Below, piece by piece: positions 38,678 through 48,512 of a stretch of DNA of 64,000 bases. Source of the DNA: a virus (lineage: Duplodnaviria; Caudoviricetes); IMG/VR virus record IMGVR_UViG_3300038828_000048, positions 1 through 64,000 of that record. The stretch is one strand, 5' to 3'. Every line of letters begins with the position of its first letter. Position 1 is the stretch's first letter. The translations under genes and the position numbers were made by a program. Below the pieces are notes generated by a model. The model was not told the DNA's origin. It was given only the letters and a program-made list of their open reading frames with translations, and made no database searches.

Positions 38678-38942
38678 GATTAAATGATTTAAAAGTTATG
38701 GTACATAATCCCCAATGTACCGTGATAATTGGATTCTAAACACTAACGGGGGGATTAACCGATAGCAAAAATGTACCTGGGGGGTTGGGATTAACTAGTA
38801 CGAAAACTAATTCATACAATAATTTTTCAAAAAATAATATAGTAGTACGGGGATATCAATGAATTATTAAAATTGAATTATTGAAAATCACTTTTCCCAA
38901 AAAAAAATTAGGGTATATCACCTTTATGTTATTTTTTTTATT

Positions 38943-38950
38943 TAATTTTG
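38943..38950 (+). promoter_or_regulatory. TAnnTTTG (TAATTTTG) promoter for the candidate ncRNA
   Basis: Consensus match immediately 5' of the first helix. Confidence 0.5.
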
Positions 38951-38952
38951 TA

Positions 38953-39355
38953 TTACCGTTTACAAGTAACGCTTTTCAGCAAGTATTCTTGGGATTGAAT
39001 AAAACGGTAAAAGTGTTCAGTTAGATTCCTACACCCTAAGTTTGAAAATCGAAAGATCTGGTTAATAAGGATTTTGTAGGATGCGCTGTTTGAAAGTTGG
39101 TTATATGGGTGATTACCGCCGTGTTAAAGATAGTTTTTAACTTAGAAGTCAATACAATACTTAGAAGTTAATGTAAATCTCGGTAGGGTTCTAGAGTAAT
39201 CATTCGGAATAAAAAGTATATACACCTGTGGATGGTCCAAAAGTAATATCTATGGTGTACGCTTACAACACTTCCCTAAGTACCAACTAACGCTTTATAA
39301 GGTTAACTCGCTGTTATCAAACAAGGAAAAATTCCTGAGTTATAACCTTTTTTTT
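38953..39355 (+). ncRNA. Candidate large structured ncRNA, about 400 nt, possibly extending to 39536
   Basis: At least eight complementary helices including a crossing pair, a GAAA tetraloop and a terminal stem with T-run; no ORF. Confidence 0.55.
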
Positions 39356-39499
39356 ATTCAATGTAATTGATATGTTACATATAGTAAACATTTGTAATAA
39401 CGATGCTGGGGATGCTCCCTTTAAATAAAATAAAGAGTAAATTTTAAAATCTGATGCGTATGAAGTGATTTAATCGTTTTAATTTTAGTTAATTTGCGT

Positions 39500-39536
39500 A
39501 GAGTTCTGGGGTTAAAGATATCCCAGAACTCTTTTT
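39500..39536 (+). terminator. Intrinsic terminator, possibly bidirectional
   Basis: AGAGTTCTGGG/CCCAGAACTCT stem followed by T-run. Confidence 0.7.
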
Positions 39537-39740
39537 GTTTTATAGCTTAGTTTTAGGTTTCATAGCTTTATAAAGTCTTTTAAATTCTTCATCAATTGCT
39601 TCTCCATATATACCATGTAGGTTTACATTAACGTTGGATTTTGGAATATCAACCCATTTACCTTTTAATGCTTCTGCAAGCATAGCAAAACTGGCTACTG
39701 GATCACTACTAGCTTTTGGATTATTAACTATAGGTGAATC

Positions 39741-40619
39741 CTAATATTTACCAATCATATCTTTCATAATATCCATGCTAAAACCAGAATTAGGATGTGT
39801 AGGTGGATCTATAGTAAATTTATTATCTATATTACTTATATTATCACTATATAATTTATATTGAGAAGCTATAGCTTTAAGTTTCTTAACTTCTACTAAT
39901 GCTTTAGTATGTACCCTACTAAAATTATGATACATGTCTGTTACTAGTTTATTATAATCATTATCCTCTATCATATTCTCTATATTAATAATAGATGTTA
40001 ATCCTATTAAACATGTATCTTTATTAAATAGATATTGTACTAAAATATCTATTTGATCTAAATCAATATTAGCATACTTGTGTATTAAATCTCTAATAAC
40101 TAAATCATATTTAGTAGCTATACTATTTACTAATTTACAACTCGTATTAAAATAGCACGCTCTGAGGTTCTTTTTTAACTCTATGTTGGGAATCCCCGAA
40201 TTGATATTTGTATAATCTGTTTCCAGAAACCCTACATCTGCTGATTTATAATTCTTTAAATATGATAATAGTGCTAATATTGATGACCCTGTTCCACTAG
40301 TTATTATTGAATCTGGGGTATATTTAAGACCATTATCAGGAATATGCTCATCATTAACTAAGGAACTAAATAACTTCTTATTATAATTTCTATATCTTAT
40401 ATATCCTTCTAAAGGTAGTATTGTTTTAAAATATGGTGGTACGAACGTGGGAGTTTCTGGTGGTCCACCAACATTAGCGGAAATAGCATTTGGATAAGTA
40501 TTAAGTGTTCTTTCATCTCTTAATTTAGCACTATATTTAAATACACCATATTGACCTTTAACTCTAATAACAGATAGATATGGTTTGTATTCACTATTGT
40601 TTTTATTTAACTTACTCAT
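39741..40619 (-). CDS. Hypothetical protein, paralog 3 of a tandem family
   Basis: Shared C-terminal motif; frame stays open past the TAG to 39540. Confidence 0.75.
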   Translation of the reverse strand: MSKLNKNNSEYKPYLSVIRVKGQYGVFKYSAKLRDERTLNTYPNAISANVGGPPETPTFVPPYFKTILPLEGYIRYRNYNKKLFSSLVNDEHIPDNGLKYTPDSIITSGTGSSILALLSYLKNYKSADVGFLETDYTNINSGIPNIELKKNLRACYFNTSCKLVNSIATKYDLVIRDLIHKYANIDLDQIDILVQYLFNKDTCLIGLTSIINIENMIEDNDYNKLVTDMYHNFSRVHTKALVEVKKLKAIASQYKLYSDNISNIDNKFTIDPPTHPNSGFSMDIMKDMIGKY

Positions 40620-41353
40620 ATAAGTATTGTTTTTGATTCGTAATTAATATTTATTTGTATTTTATAATGATTTAGTTTGTTACAAAACTCAACAGTATCA
40701 TCTACTAATTCTCTATAATGATTTGGATGAATTTTCATTTCTAATTGTGTAATTAACTCATATCCTATTTTACTAGTAGTGCTTTGTTGTAAATAATTTA
40801 GCATTATATTTATATTATCGATAGAATCTCCAGTAAAGAATACTATCTTATGAATTAGATACTCTCTAAAAGCAAGTATATCAGCTTGTATATAAGTATA
40901 GTATTCATGTATTTGAGCATTAATTCCACGATTTATAGTGTCATCTAATCTTACATCTGTTTTATATTCAGGAGTATCTGGTTTATATTCTATATTATAT
41001 ATACTTATTACTTTTCTATCAAATAATACACTATCTAATTTTTGTATATATTCATTACTCATTTTATTTATCTGATTCCGAGTTGGTAAACAAAACAATA
41101 ATTGTTGAAAAACTAATAATGGTATTATAGGAATATCATATTCCCAACTTAAATATTTTAATGTTTCAAATTGTTGATTATATGATATTTTAACACTATA
41201 ATGTGCAGATGAATAAGTATAAGTATATAAATTGGTTAAAATGCTATTATTATTTTTAAAACAAAATGTATCAGGTGTGCTATTTGATTGTTTTTCTAAT
41301 TCTAAAAATTTTATAAATATATTTGCAATAATTGTTTTTGATTCTGATTTCAT
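40616..41353 (-). CDS. Hypothetical protein, paralog 2
   Basis: Shared C-terminal motif. Confidence 0.75.
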   Translation of the reverse strand: MKSESKTIIANIFIKFLELEKQSNSTPDTFCFKNNNSILTNLYTYTYSSAHYSVKISYNQQFETLKYLSWEYDIPIIPLLVFQQLLFCLPTRNQINKMSNEYIQKLDSVLFDRKVISIYNIEYKPDTPEYKTDVRLDDTINRGINAQIHEYYTYIQADILAFREYLIHKIVFFTGDSIDNINIMLNYLQQSTTSKIGYELITQLEMKIHPNHYRELVDDTVEFCNKLNHYKIQININYESKTILI

Positions 41354-41357
41354 AAAT

Positions 41358-42143
41358 TTATTTTTTTGTCATTGTAAATCCAGCAATATAATGAATTTGA
41401 TTTATAGTTGTTTTAACTAATTGAGAATATAACTCTGGTTCAACTATTTTTTCTATATTTAATAATAATGTTCTCCCTAAAGCTCTTGTATCTAGATTAT
41501 TATAATACTTTAATATATTATCTATTCCATCTGAATCATATTTATCTTTAATATTATCTTTTATTTTATCTATAGTTGTATTATGTAATAATATCATAGC
41601 ATGTATCGTAGATTCAACCAAAGTATCAAGGTTATATATCATATATCTATCTGATACAATACTAGGTGTTATATTATTCTTTATTACATCTAATCTATCA
41701 CCTCTTGGAGTATTATGCAGTATATACTCTTTTAAATTACTAATATCGACACTACTTAATATATCAATTATTTTCTTTTGAACTACTATTAAAGATTCGA
41801 TATCTGTCTCATAACCATCTTTTATATCTATAAAATTTGATGTTAGAGTAAATTTTAATATACCATTGTTTAAATTAGGAGGAGCTATATTATTATATGG
41901 TAAAAAATAAGTTATAAGATGTACATTAGTTAAATCTTTATAAGTTGGCATAAGAATATCGAATGATGCAATGAACATGTATGATTTGATGTTAAACTTA
42001 AATATCTGAAAGACTACATCATCTCTAAAATCTTTAATTATACGTTTATCTTTTGTAACTTTAATATCTTCATTATCATCTTTATCAATTAGTTTGGATT
42101 TTGGATTATAAAATATCCTTAATAATTTTGAGAGTGTTCCCAT
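41358..42143 (-). CDS. Hypothetical protein, paralog 1
   Basis: Shared C-terminal motif. Confidence 0.75.
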   Translation of the reverse strand: MGTLSKLLRIFYNPKSKLIDKDDNEDIKVTKDKRIIKDFRDDVVFQIFKFNIKSYMFIASFDILMPTYKDLTNVHLITYFLPYNNIAPPNLNNGILKFTLTSNFIDIKDGYETDIESLIVVQKKIIDILSSVDISNLKEYILHNTPRGDRLDVIKNNITPSIVSDRYMIYNLDTLVESTIHAMILLHNTTIDKIKDNIKDKYDSDGIDNILKYYNNLDTRALGRTLLLNIEKIVEPELYSQLVKTTINQIHYIAGFTMTKK

Positions 42144-42169
42144 TTTTTTTTATATTAATGTTTATTAAA

Positions 42170-43078
42170 TTAAATATTAATAGTTATATCCATAACTATC
42201 TCATTCATTTCATGCCTAATGTAATCAAAATCATAATTTTCTATTTCCCAGCTATCTGTAACCTCATCATACATTGAGTGCATTAATCTATTACCCATAC
42301 AAGTATATCCATATTCCTCTAGAATATAGGAATATACTCCCAATTGTATTCTATAATGGTTGTAGTTACAGTCATCAAAATGATTAATTGGATATTTCAT
42401 TTTCTGAAAAGGATTATTCATATTCATTTTTTCATTTGTTTTATGATCTCCTATCCAGAATACTATATTACCATTAAATTCTTCAACCCATAGTTGATCT
42501 ATTTGTCCTAATAACATACCAGAATATACAATTAATTCTGTGTAAAATCCTGGTTTTAAATCTTTTAAATCTACAACTAATCTTTTTAAATCTTGATTTA
42601 TAAATTCATTACATTGTATAACAGGAAGTTTATTTCCCGTAAAAGGATTGATCATAAAATCTTCTTGTAATGCATTAAATTCTTCGTTTGAATGATATTT
42701 TCCACCTTTGATTAATGAATTTTTATTTTTCTCATCCCAACTCTTTAATATATAAGATTGAATCTTCTTTACTTCATTCTCATCAGCATACATTCGTAGA
42801 TGTTTAAATAATCGATAGTCTGTTCCTATATATCCTTTCTTATATGGTTTAAAATAATCCTTTGGTTCTTTTGGTTTATTTAATAAATAATCATCTATAT
42901 GCAAAGTAGGATCTACATCAGTTTTATATAACAAAAACTCATATGCTTTATATAAACTCCAAAATACATCGTCAAATTCTTGCGAATATCGTTTCGAAAC
43001 AGAACTTGCTGAGATGTATTTGAAATTTTCATCTGGAAAATTTTTATAATATTTGTGGATTGATTCGATAAAATACAT
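42170..43078 (-). CDS. PD-(D/E)XK exonuclease (Cas4/RecB-like)
   Basis: YISASS, GGKYH, ELIV, GQIDQL, DHKTN and YRIQLGVY motifs. Confidence 0.82.
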   Translation of the reverse strand: MYFIESIHKYYKNFPDENFKYISASSVSKRYSQEFDDVFWSLYKAYEFLLYKTDVDPTLHIDDYLLNKPKEPKDYFKPYKKGYIGTDYRLFKHLRMYADENEVKKIQSYILKSWDEKNKNSLIKGGKYHSNEEFNALQEDFMINPFTGNKLPVIQCNEFINQDLKRLVVDLKDLKPGFYTELIVYSGMLLGQIDQLWVEEFNGNIVFWIGDHKTNEKMNMNNPFQKMKYPINHFDDCNYNHYRIQLGVYSYILEEYGYTCMGNRLMHSMYDEVTDSWEIENYDFDYIRHEMNEIVMDITINI

Positions 43079-43098
43079 TACTTTTGAGTTTTATTCTG

Positions 43099-43106
43099 CA
43101 AATTTA
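43099..43106 (-). promoter_or_regulatory. TAAATTTG promoter at the divergence point
   Basis: TAnnTTTG match upstream of the gene starting at 43078. Confidence 0.5.
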
Positions 43107-43136
43107 CGGAAATTTATCTAAAAAAATAAATAAGAT

Positions 43137-43499
43137 ATGTTTAAATGCAAAAATTTTGAAGAATTTTTATCTATTCAGATCGAATTGTTATTTTTGTTAA
43201 AAATTAAAAATAAAAAACTTCAATTAAAATCTAAACCAAAGAAATTTTATATTCATTGTATATACCTTCATGCTCAAAATATTGATATTTCATCAATTGA
43301 TGCAGCAGAAATGCTTCGTGATTATATGGGATGGATGACTTCTGATAATGTATATTCTTATAGAACTAATCTTAAAAAAACAGGTTGGTTTGTAGATGAT
43401 CCATCAGCAAAAGGTGGATATAATATATTACCGATATTTAGATATACTCAACTACCTACATCAAAAGAATATAAATTTGAATTAACTTATGACATATAA
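43137..43499 (+). CDS. Hypothetical (winged-helix-like) protein
   Basis: NVYSYRTNLKKTGWF segment. Confidence 0.65.
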   Translation: MFKCKNFEEFLSIQIELLFLLKIKNKKLQLKSKPKKFYIHCIYLHAQNIDISSIDAAEMLRDYMGWMTSDNVYSYRTNLKKTGWFVDDPSAKGGYNILPIFRYTQLPTSKEYKFELTYDI

Positions 43500-43809
43500 G
43501 GATAAATTTGAAAAAGAGGTGGTTCAGAATACAGCATTAAAAAGTAATTTATCAGAAGAACATGTATATATAATATATAAGATTACCTTTGTGACGTTAT
43601 ATAGATTGATGGTTAATCCATTTACCGAAAGAATTTGTTTACCAGTAATGGGTAAATTTTGTCTTAATATGGCAAGATGTAGGAGAATGGAAGATAAAAT
43701 ATATCATGATATTAATCAGAAATCTAAAGTTGCTGATAGAGTTTTAAGAGCTAACTTTAATTTATTAGCTAATGTTAAATTTTTTATAAATAAATATGGT
43801 AAGCGATAA
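43489..43809 (+). CDS. HU/IHF-like DNA-binding protein
   Basis: RICLPVMGKF segment; such genes are typical upstream of crAss-like terminase blocks. Confidence 0.55.
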   Translation: MTYKDKFEKEVVQNTALKSNLSEEHVYIIYKITFVTLYRLMVNPFTERICLPVMGKFCLNMARCRRMEDKIYHDINQKSKVADRVLRANFNLLANVKFFINKYGKR

Positions 43810-44020
43810 TCAACAAATAGATATTCAATTAGATAATGAACAATATGTAAAGTATTTAATTAATTATCTTGATATTTTACAAAAAGGAAGGGTAAAACCT
43901 AATTCATCAAAAGAAGCACAAGTACCTGTTATCTATGATTCGATTGATAATTTACCCGACATAAAGGGTGTAAAAAATAGATTAAACTTTATTTTTTCAG
44001 TAGCACCAGTTAACAACTAA
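43796..44020 (+). CDS. Hypothetical protein
   Basis: 74 aa ORF. Confidence 0.6.
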   Translation: MVSDNQQIDIQLDNEQYVKYLINYLDILQKGRVKPNSSKEAQVPVIYDSIDNLPDIKGVKNRLNFIFSVAPVNN

Positions 44021-44059
44021 GTATTATTAACATTATTAAATATTATAAACATTATTATT

Positions 44060-44701
44060 ATGGAATTTGAAGTTAAAATGAAAGCAGAGTTTTTAGCTTG
44101 GAAACGAGATAGATCATTTATTGATTTATTTAAAGAATCGAATCAAACCATTATAGCTGGAGGAAAACCTAGAGTATTGGTAGAAGCATTTTTATATATT
44201 CCTCCAAAAACTGATACAGATATTCTTACAACAGATACAGAACCGCAAATTTTGGCATTTAGCGATTTGAATTTATCCCAACAAAGAGGTTTAAGATCTT
44301 TACCGTTTGTAAAAGTAATACACTCAATAGGTAGTAGTTTTGAACCAGGTCAAATTTTTGGTGTAAAAGATCAACTTGCTAAGGTTGAATATAATGAAAG
44401 ATATAAAGAATGGAACTCGCAGCGAGCAATGCAACCTTCAATGGAAGGAAAAGTACCTATGCCTCCAATGTACTTTATGGGATGGGATGCTTGGGATGCA
44501 TTTAAATACAAGATTAATAAATTTACAGATGTAGTAACTTGTAAAGATCAAATGGTATTTTTGATACCAGAAGATTTTTTAATTACTAATTGTAATTATG
44601 GAGATGATAATCCTATTTTAGCTAATAAAGCTACAGAACAAGTTGCAAATAGTACATCTGTAGAACAATTAGCTCTTAAATTAGAATATAAGGAGAACTA
44701 A
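44060..44701 (+). CDS. Hypothetical protein
   Basis: 213 aa ORF. Confidence 0.75.
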   Translation: MEFEVKMKAEFLAWKRDRSFIDLFKESNQTIIAGGKPRVLVEAFLYIPPKTDTDILTTDTEPQILAFSDLNLSQQRGLRSLPFVKVIHSIGSSFEPGQIFGVKDQLAKVEYNERYKEWNSQRAMQPSMEGKVPMPPMYFMGWDAWDAFKYKINKFTDVVTCKDQMVFLIPEDFLITNCNYGDDNPILANKATEQVANSTSVEQLALKLEYKEN

Positions 44702-45090
44702 TGGTTATATTAATAACTCTAATATTATTTTATTTAGTAGTTATTATATCTATAATAACTCACACAGATCCTTGGGATTATTTTGATTATAAACGCTGGA
44801 GAAGTGTTAGTATTTGGTTAGCAAAATTATATTTGAAATCACAAGGAGAAACCACCACTTATCTCGATAGAACACAAATATTTAATTATGGATATAGATT
44901 TAGTAAATGTTATCCTTGTGTTATAGCAGGTAAATGTATTAAATGTAATTGTAATATAGAAGGTAGATTTAATAATTTTACTGATACTTGTAGCGATGAT
45001 AAATTCGGAGAAGCTCTTAGTGAAGAAGAAATTGATGAATATTTTTTTAATCCAGATAATAAATTTGAAATAACAGTTAAAGAATCATGA
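44701..45090 (+). CDS. Membrane-anchored Cys-rich protein
   Basis: TM helix plus CYPCVIAGKCIKCNC...C. Confidence 0.7.
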   Translation: MVILITLILFYLVVIISIITHTDPWDYFDYKRWRSVSIWLAKLYLKSQGETTTYLDRTQIFNYGYRFSKCYPCVIAGKCIKCNCNIEGRFNNFTDTCSDDKFGEALSEEEIDEYFFNPDNKFEITVKES

Positions 45091-45509
45091 TAGAAGTTTT
45101 TTTTAATAAAGGAGGAGTTGCTAATAATAAGAAAAGTTTATCCTTTCAAAATGAATCGATAGTATTAGACACTCCTATAAATGTTGGAGATACGAACGTA
45201 CCGCTTGTTTGGAAATATACAGGTAGTCCGCTAGATATTGTATATGTTAGACCTCATTGTGGATGTACTGCTGGAGTATCGTTTGTAGGTAATACAATTA
45301 TTGCTTATTATAATGATACATCAGTAGCTAATACTACAACTCAACATATTAAAAAACAATTATCAGTATATTTAGATGATGGTAAAGAGTTAAAGATTAA
45401 ACAAGGTTTAAATAGTGTTTTTAATGATAATAAAGCAAAGATTATTATAGAATTTACTGTTAAAATAAATCCATTACCAAAACCTCCTTATAATAAAAAG
45501 GATTATTAA
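45087..45509 (+). CDS. DUF1573-like (Ig-fold) protein
   Basis: VRPHCGCT motif. Confidence 0.65.
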   Translation: MIEVFFNKGGVANNKKSLSFQNESIVLDTPINVGDTNVPLVWKYTGSPLDIVYVRPHCGCTAGVSFVGNTIIAYYNDTSVANTTTQHIKKQLSVYLDDGKELKIKQGLNSVFNDNKAKIIIEFTVKINPLPKPPYNKKDY

Positions 45510-45510
45510 T

Positions 45511-46041
45511 ATGATTGAAGTAAATCTTAATAAAAAATTTGATGATTGTTTTCCAATTATAGCTAGATCACATGCTATACAAGAGATATATACAAGATAT
45601 CCAAAAATAGCAGATAAGATATTATGGAGTATATTTTTATTACATTATCCAAATCCAGATTTAAATCCTAAAATAAATATTCCTTATAATGAGAGATTGG
45701 TTGATATTAGAACTTCTTATTATGATTTAGATATAGCATCTGAATTAGTAAAAGATGCAATCAAATCATTTATATCACATATCGAACCAATAGAGTTAAA
45801 GTTATATACTATTCAACGTAAGAAGTTAGAAGAACTTACAGAACACTTTGGAGAATTGGATATGAAAGTGGAAAAGGATAAAGATGAATATTTAGCGATA
45901 AGTAAGATACTTCCGTCAATTTGGTCAAATTTTGATAAAGTTAAAAAGGATTATTTAGCAAATATATCTAAAGAAGCTTCTACTGAAATAGAAGGTAAAG
46001 GAAATCTTTCTAAAGCAGAAGAAAGAAGATTAAGAGGATAA
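45511..46041 (+). CDS. Hypothetical protein, candidate small terminase subunit
   Basis: Helical 176 aa ORF directly upstream of terL. Confidence 0.5.
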   Translation: MIEVNLNKKFDDCFPIIARSHAIQEIYTRYPKIADKILWSIFLLHYPNPDLNPKINIPYNERLVDIRTSYYDLDIASELVKDAIKSFISHIEPIELKLYTIQRKKLEELTEHFGELDMKVEKDKDEYLAISKILPSIWSNFDKVKKDYLANISKEASTEIEGKGNLSKAEERRLRG

Positions 46042-46079
46042 ATAAGTATTATTAGTATTATATATATAAGAGTGATTAA

Positions 46080-48497
46080 ATGAGTGATGTAAAAGTTTAT
46101 AATATAAACGGTCATAACATTGTAAGTTTAGCACCTTATATATATAATGCTAAGAATTTTTTATTTAGAGATCATCCTAAATATCATCCTGATAGTAGTA
46201 ATTACTTACCATATTGGGATAATGAAGCAAAAAAAGCTATCGAAGGATTTTGGGGATTGGATCAAAAAGGAAAAACTAATGATGATCAATTTGATCCTTC
46301 ATTACCAGGGGGATGGAGGTTTATAACACCTCAACATTACTGGCATATTAATTATTGTTTTCTACAACACTTACCAGATCCAAAATCTCCACCAATAACC
46401 CAATTAGCAGATTTTAGAGATATAGATACCTATTGGTTTTATTTATATCTTATAGCATGTGGATTTTCAGGATTTTATGGAGATGAAAATAGAAATTGTC
46501 ATTACTTATTAAAAAGGTATGAAGATTGTTTAACTTCCAAAAATAAACATTTTACTCTTACTCCGAAAGAAAAAGATTTATGGGATTCTATACAAGATAC
46601 TATCAAAAAACCAGATGGTTCTTATAAAAAATATATATCTCCTCTTTATTATCTTAAAAGTACATTTTCTAAACCAATGGGTTCTATTATATATGAGAAT
46701 CCAATGTACAATATGGCAGATCTAGAAGCTAGGGGATCTGGAAAAACCTATAGACTAATAGCTGTTGCATCTCAAGCATTTAATTTCTTTGGTGCTAGAA
46801 CATTCGATCAATATTTAAAAGTAAAAAAAGGTCCTACTATTTGTGTAGGTTCTGCATTATCATCCAAATCAGGTGGATTACTTAAGAAATTTGAGTTTAG
46901 TCAGAATATGTTGGTTGATAATTTTGGTGAATGGGATGACGGTGTTACGTTTATACCAGGTTATTTTCATAAAGAAACATCTGGGGTAATATCATCTGGT
47001 AATGAAAAGAACCCATACCGTCATGAATTTAAAGCTAAAAAAGGTAAAACTTGGAAAAAAGCAGGTACATTTACATCTATTGTACATCAGTCTTATGAAA
47101 ACAATCCAGAAGCATTTGTAGGAAATAGATCTATCTTAATGATAGAGGATGAGTTTGGATTAAATGAAAATGCTGAGAAATGTGCTCATGCTGACAATAC
47201 TGTAATGAAAATGTCAGGTGTTAAGATGGGTATTGCAGTTAAATCTGGTACGGGTGGAAACATATTAAAAGTAAAAGGAGCTAAAGCTATCTTTTATAAT
47301 CCAGATGATTTTGGATATTTAAAACTAGAAGATCATTGGGAACATAGTTCTCGTGGTATATCAGTATTTATACCATCATATTATGTCGATAGTTCGTTTA
47401 GAGATGAGAACGGTAATCAAAATATAATTCGTGCATATCAACAAGAGATGCATAATAGAGCAAAACTCATTAATGGTGCTAGCTTAACTATGCTTGATGG
47501 TTATATAATTGACCACCCAATAGTTCCATCTGAAATGTTTTTAGCACCAGAAACAAATATATTTCCTGTAGTATTGCTTAGAGAACATAAAGCAAGATTA
47601 GAAGCTAAAAATGTATTTGAAAAAATTACTAGTTTTGGACATTTAGAATATACTGATAAAACAGAAAAACAAGTAAAGTGGGTTGTTAATACAGATAGAT
47701 ATAGACAACCTATTAAATCTTATGATTTAAAATCTCATGATGGAAATTTAGGAGGTTGTATTAGTGTATTTCAGCATCCTGTAGATGGTATTCCAGATCC
47801 AACATATAATTCATCTTTGTATAAAATAGCAGTTGACCCTGTTCGAGATGATAATGGAGGTATATCTTTGTATGCAATTTCAGTATATAAAGGATATACT
47901 TTAGCTGGATGGAATGATGATTTTCAAAATACAATTGTAGCCGAATATTATGGTAGGTTAGATGATGTTGATGAAATGCATGAAATAGCTATTAAATTAT
48001 GTTTATATTATAATTGTAAAAATCTTCCAGAAACAAATATTCCAGATATTATTAGATACTTTAAAAGGAAGAAAAAATTACATTTATTTCAAGCAAAACC
48101 TTGGGATAGTATATCTCACGCTATTGCATCACCTAGTGCTAAATATGATATAGGTGTAGATATGAGTTCTCCTAAATTAAAAATACAGGGTGAGCAATTA
48201 ATAAATAAATGGTTGAACGAAAAAAGAGGAGTAGATGAAAGTGGAAAAAATATATTAACTTTGCATTCTATAAACTCTTTGAGATTAATAGATGAGTTAT
48301 TAGTATATGATCGTAGTAAAAATACAGATGGTGTAATAACATTGATGCTTATAATGTTTTGGATACATCAGGAAGAATTAGTTCCTGTTCAGAAAAAAGA
48401 TAAAGCATCTCATAAATCAAAGGTTGATGAGTTTTTTGAAAATAATCAAAAACTTAAAGGATTAAATAATATTATGCATAATGAATATATATCATAA
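46080..48497 (+). CDS. terL: Terminase large subunit
   Basis: ARGSGKT Walker A, IEDEFG Walker B, GTGG, AVDP nuclease motif, AEYYGR, ETN, NTD. Confidence 0.92.
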   Translation: MSDVKVYNINGHNIVSLAPYIYNAKNFLFRDHPKYHPDSSNYLPYWDNEAKKAIEGFWGLDQKGKTNDDQFDPSLPGGWRFITPQHYWHINYCFLQHLPDPKSPPITQLADFRDIDTYWFYLYLIACGFSGFYGDENRNCHYLLKRYEDCLTSKNKHFTLTPKEKDLWDSIQDTIKKPDGSYKKYISPLYYLKSTFSKPMGSIIYENPMYNMADLEARGSGKTYRLIAVASQAFNFFGARTFDQYLKVKKGPTICVGSALSSKSGGLLKKFEFSQNMLVDNFGEWDDGVTFIPGYFHKETSGVISSGNEKNPYRHEFKAKKGKTWKKAGTFTSIVHQSYENNPEAFVGNRSILMIEDEFGLNENAEKCAHADNTVMKMSGVKMGIAVKSGTGGNILKVKGAKAIFYNPDDFGYLKLEDHWEHSSRGISVFIPSYYVDSSFRDENGNQNIIRAYQQEMHNRAKLINGASLTMLDGYIIDHPIVPSEMFLAPETNIFPVVLLREHKARLEAKNVFEKITSFGHLEYTDKTEKQVKWVVNTDRYRQPIKSYDLKSHDGNLGGCISVFQHPVDGIPDPTYNSSLYKIAVDPVRDDNGGISLYAISVYKGYTLAGWNDDFQNTIVAEYYGRLDDVDEMHEIAIKLCLYYNCKNLPETNIPDIIRYFKRKKKLHLFQAKPWDSISHAIASPSAKYDIGVDMSSPKLKIQGEQLINKWLNEKRGVDESGKNILTLHSINSLRLIDELLVYDRSKNTDGVITLMLIMFWIHQEELVPVQKKDKASHKSKVDEFFENNQKLKGLNNIMHNEYIS

Positions 48498-48512
48498 TAA
48501 AATAGATAAATA

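Noticed and set aside
38700-43078. CRISPR mini-array associated with the Cas4-like nuclease
   Set aside because: No regularly spaced direct repeats with spacers; only short 9-10 nt duplications.
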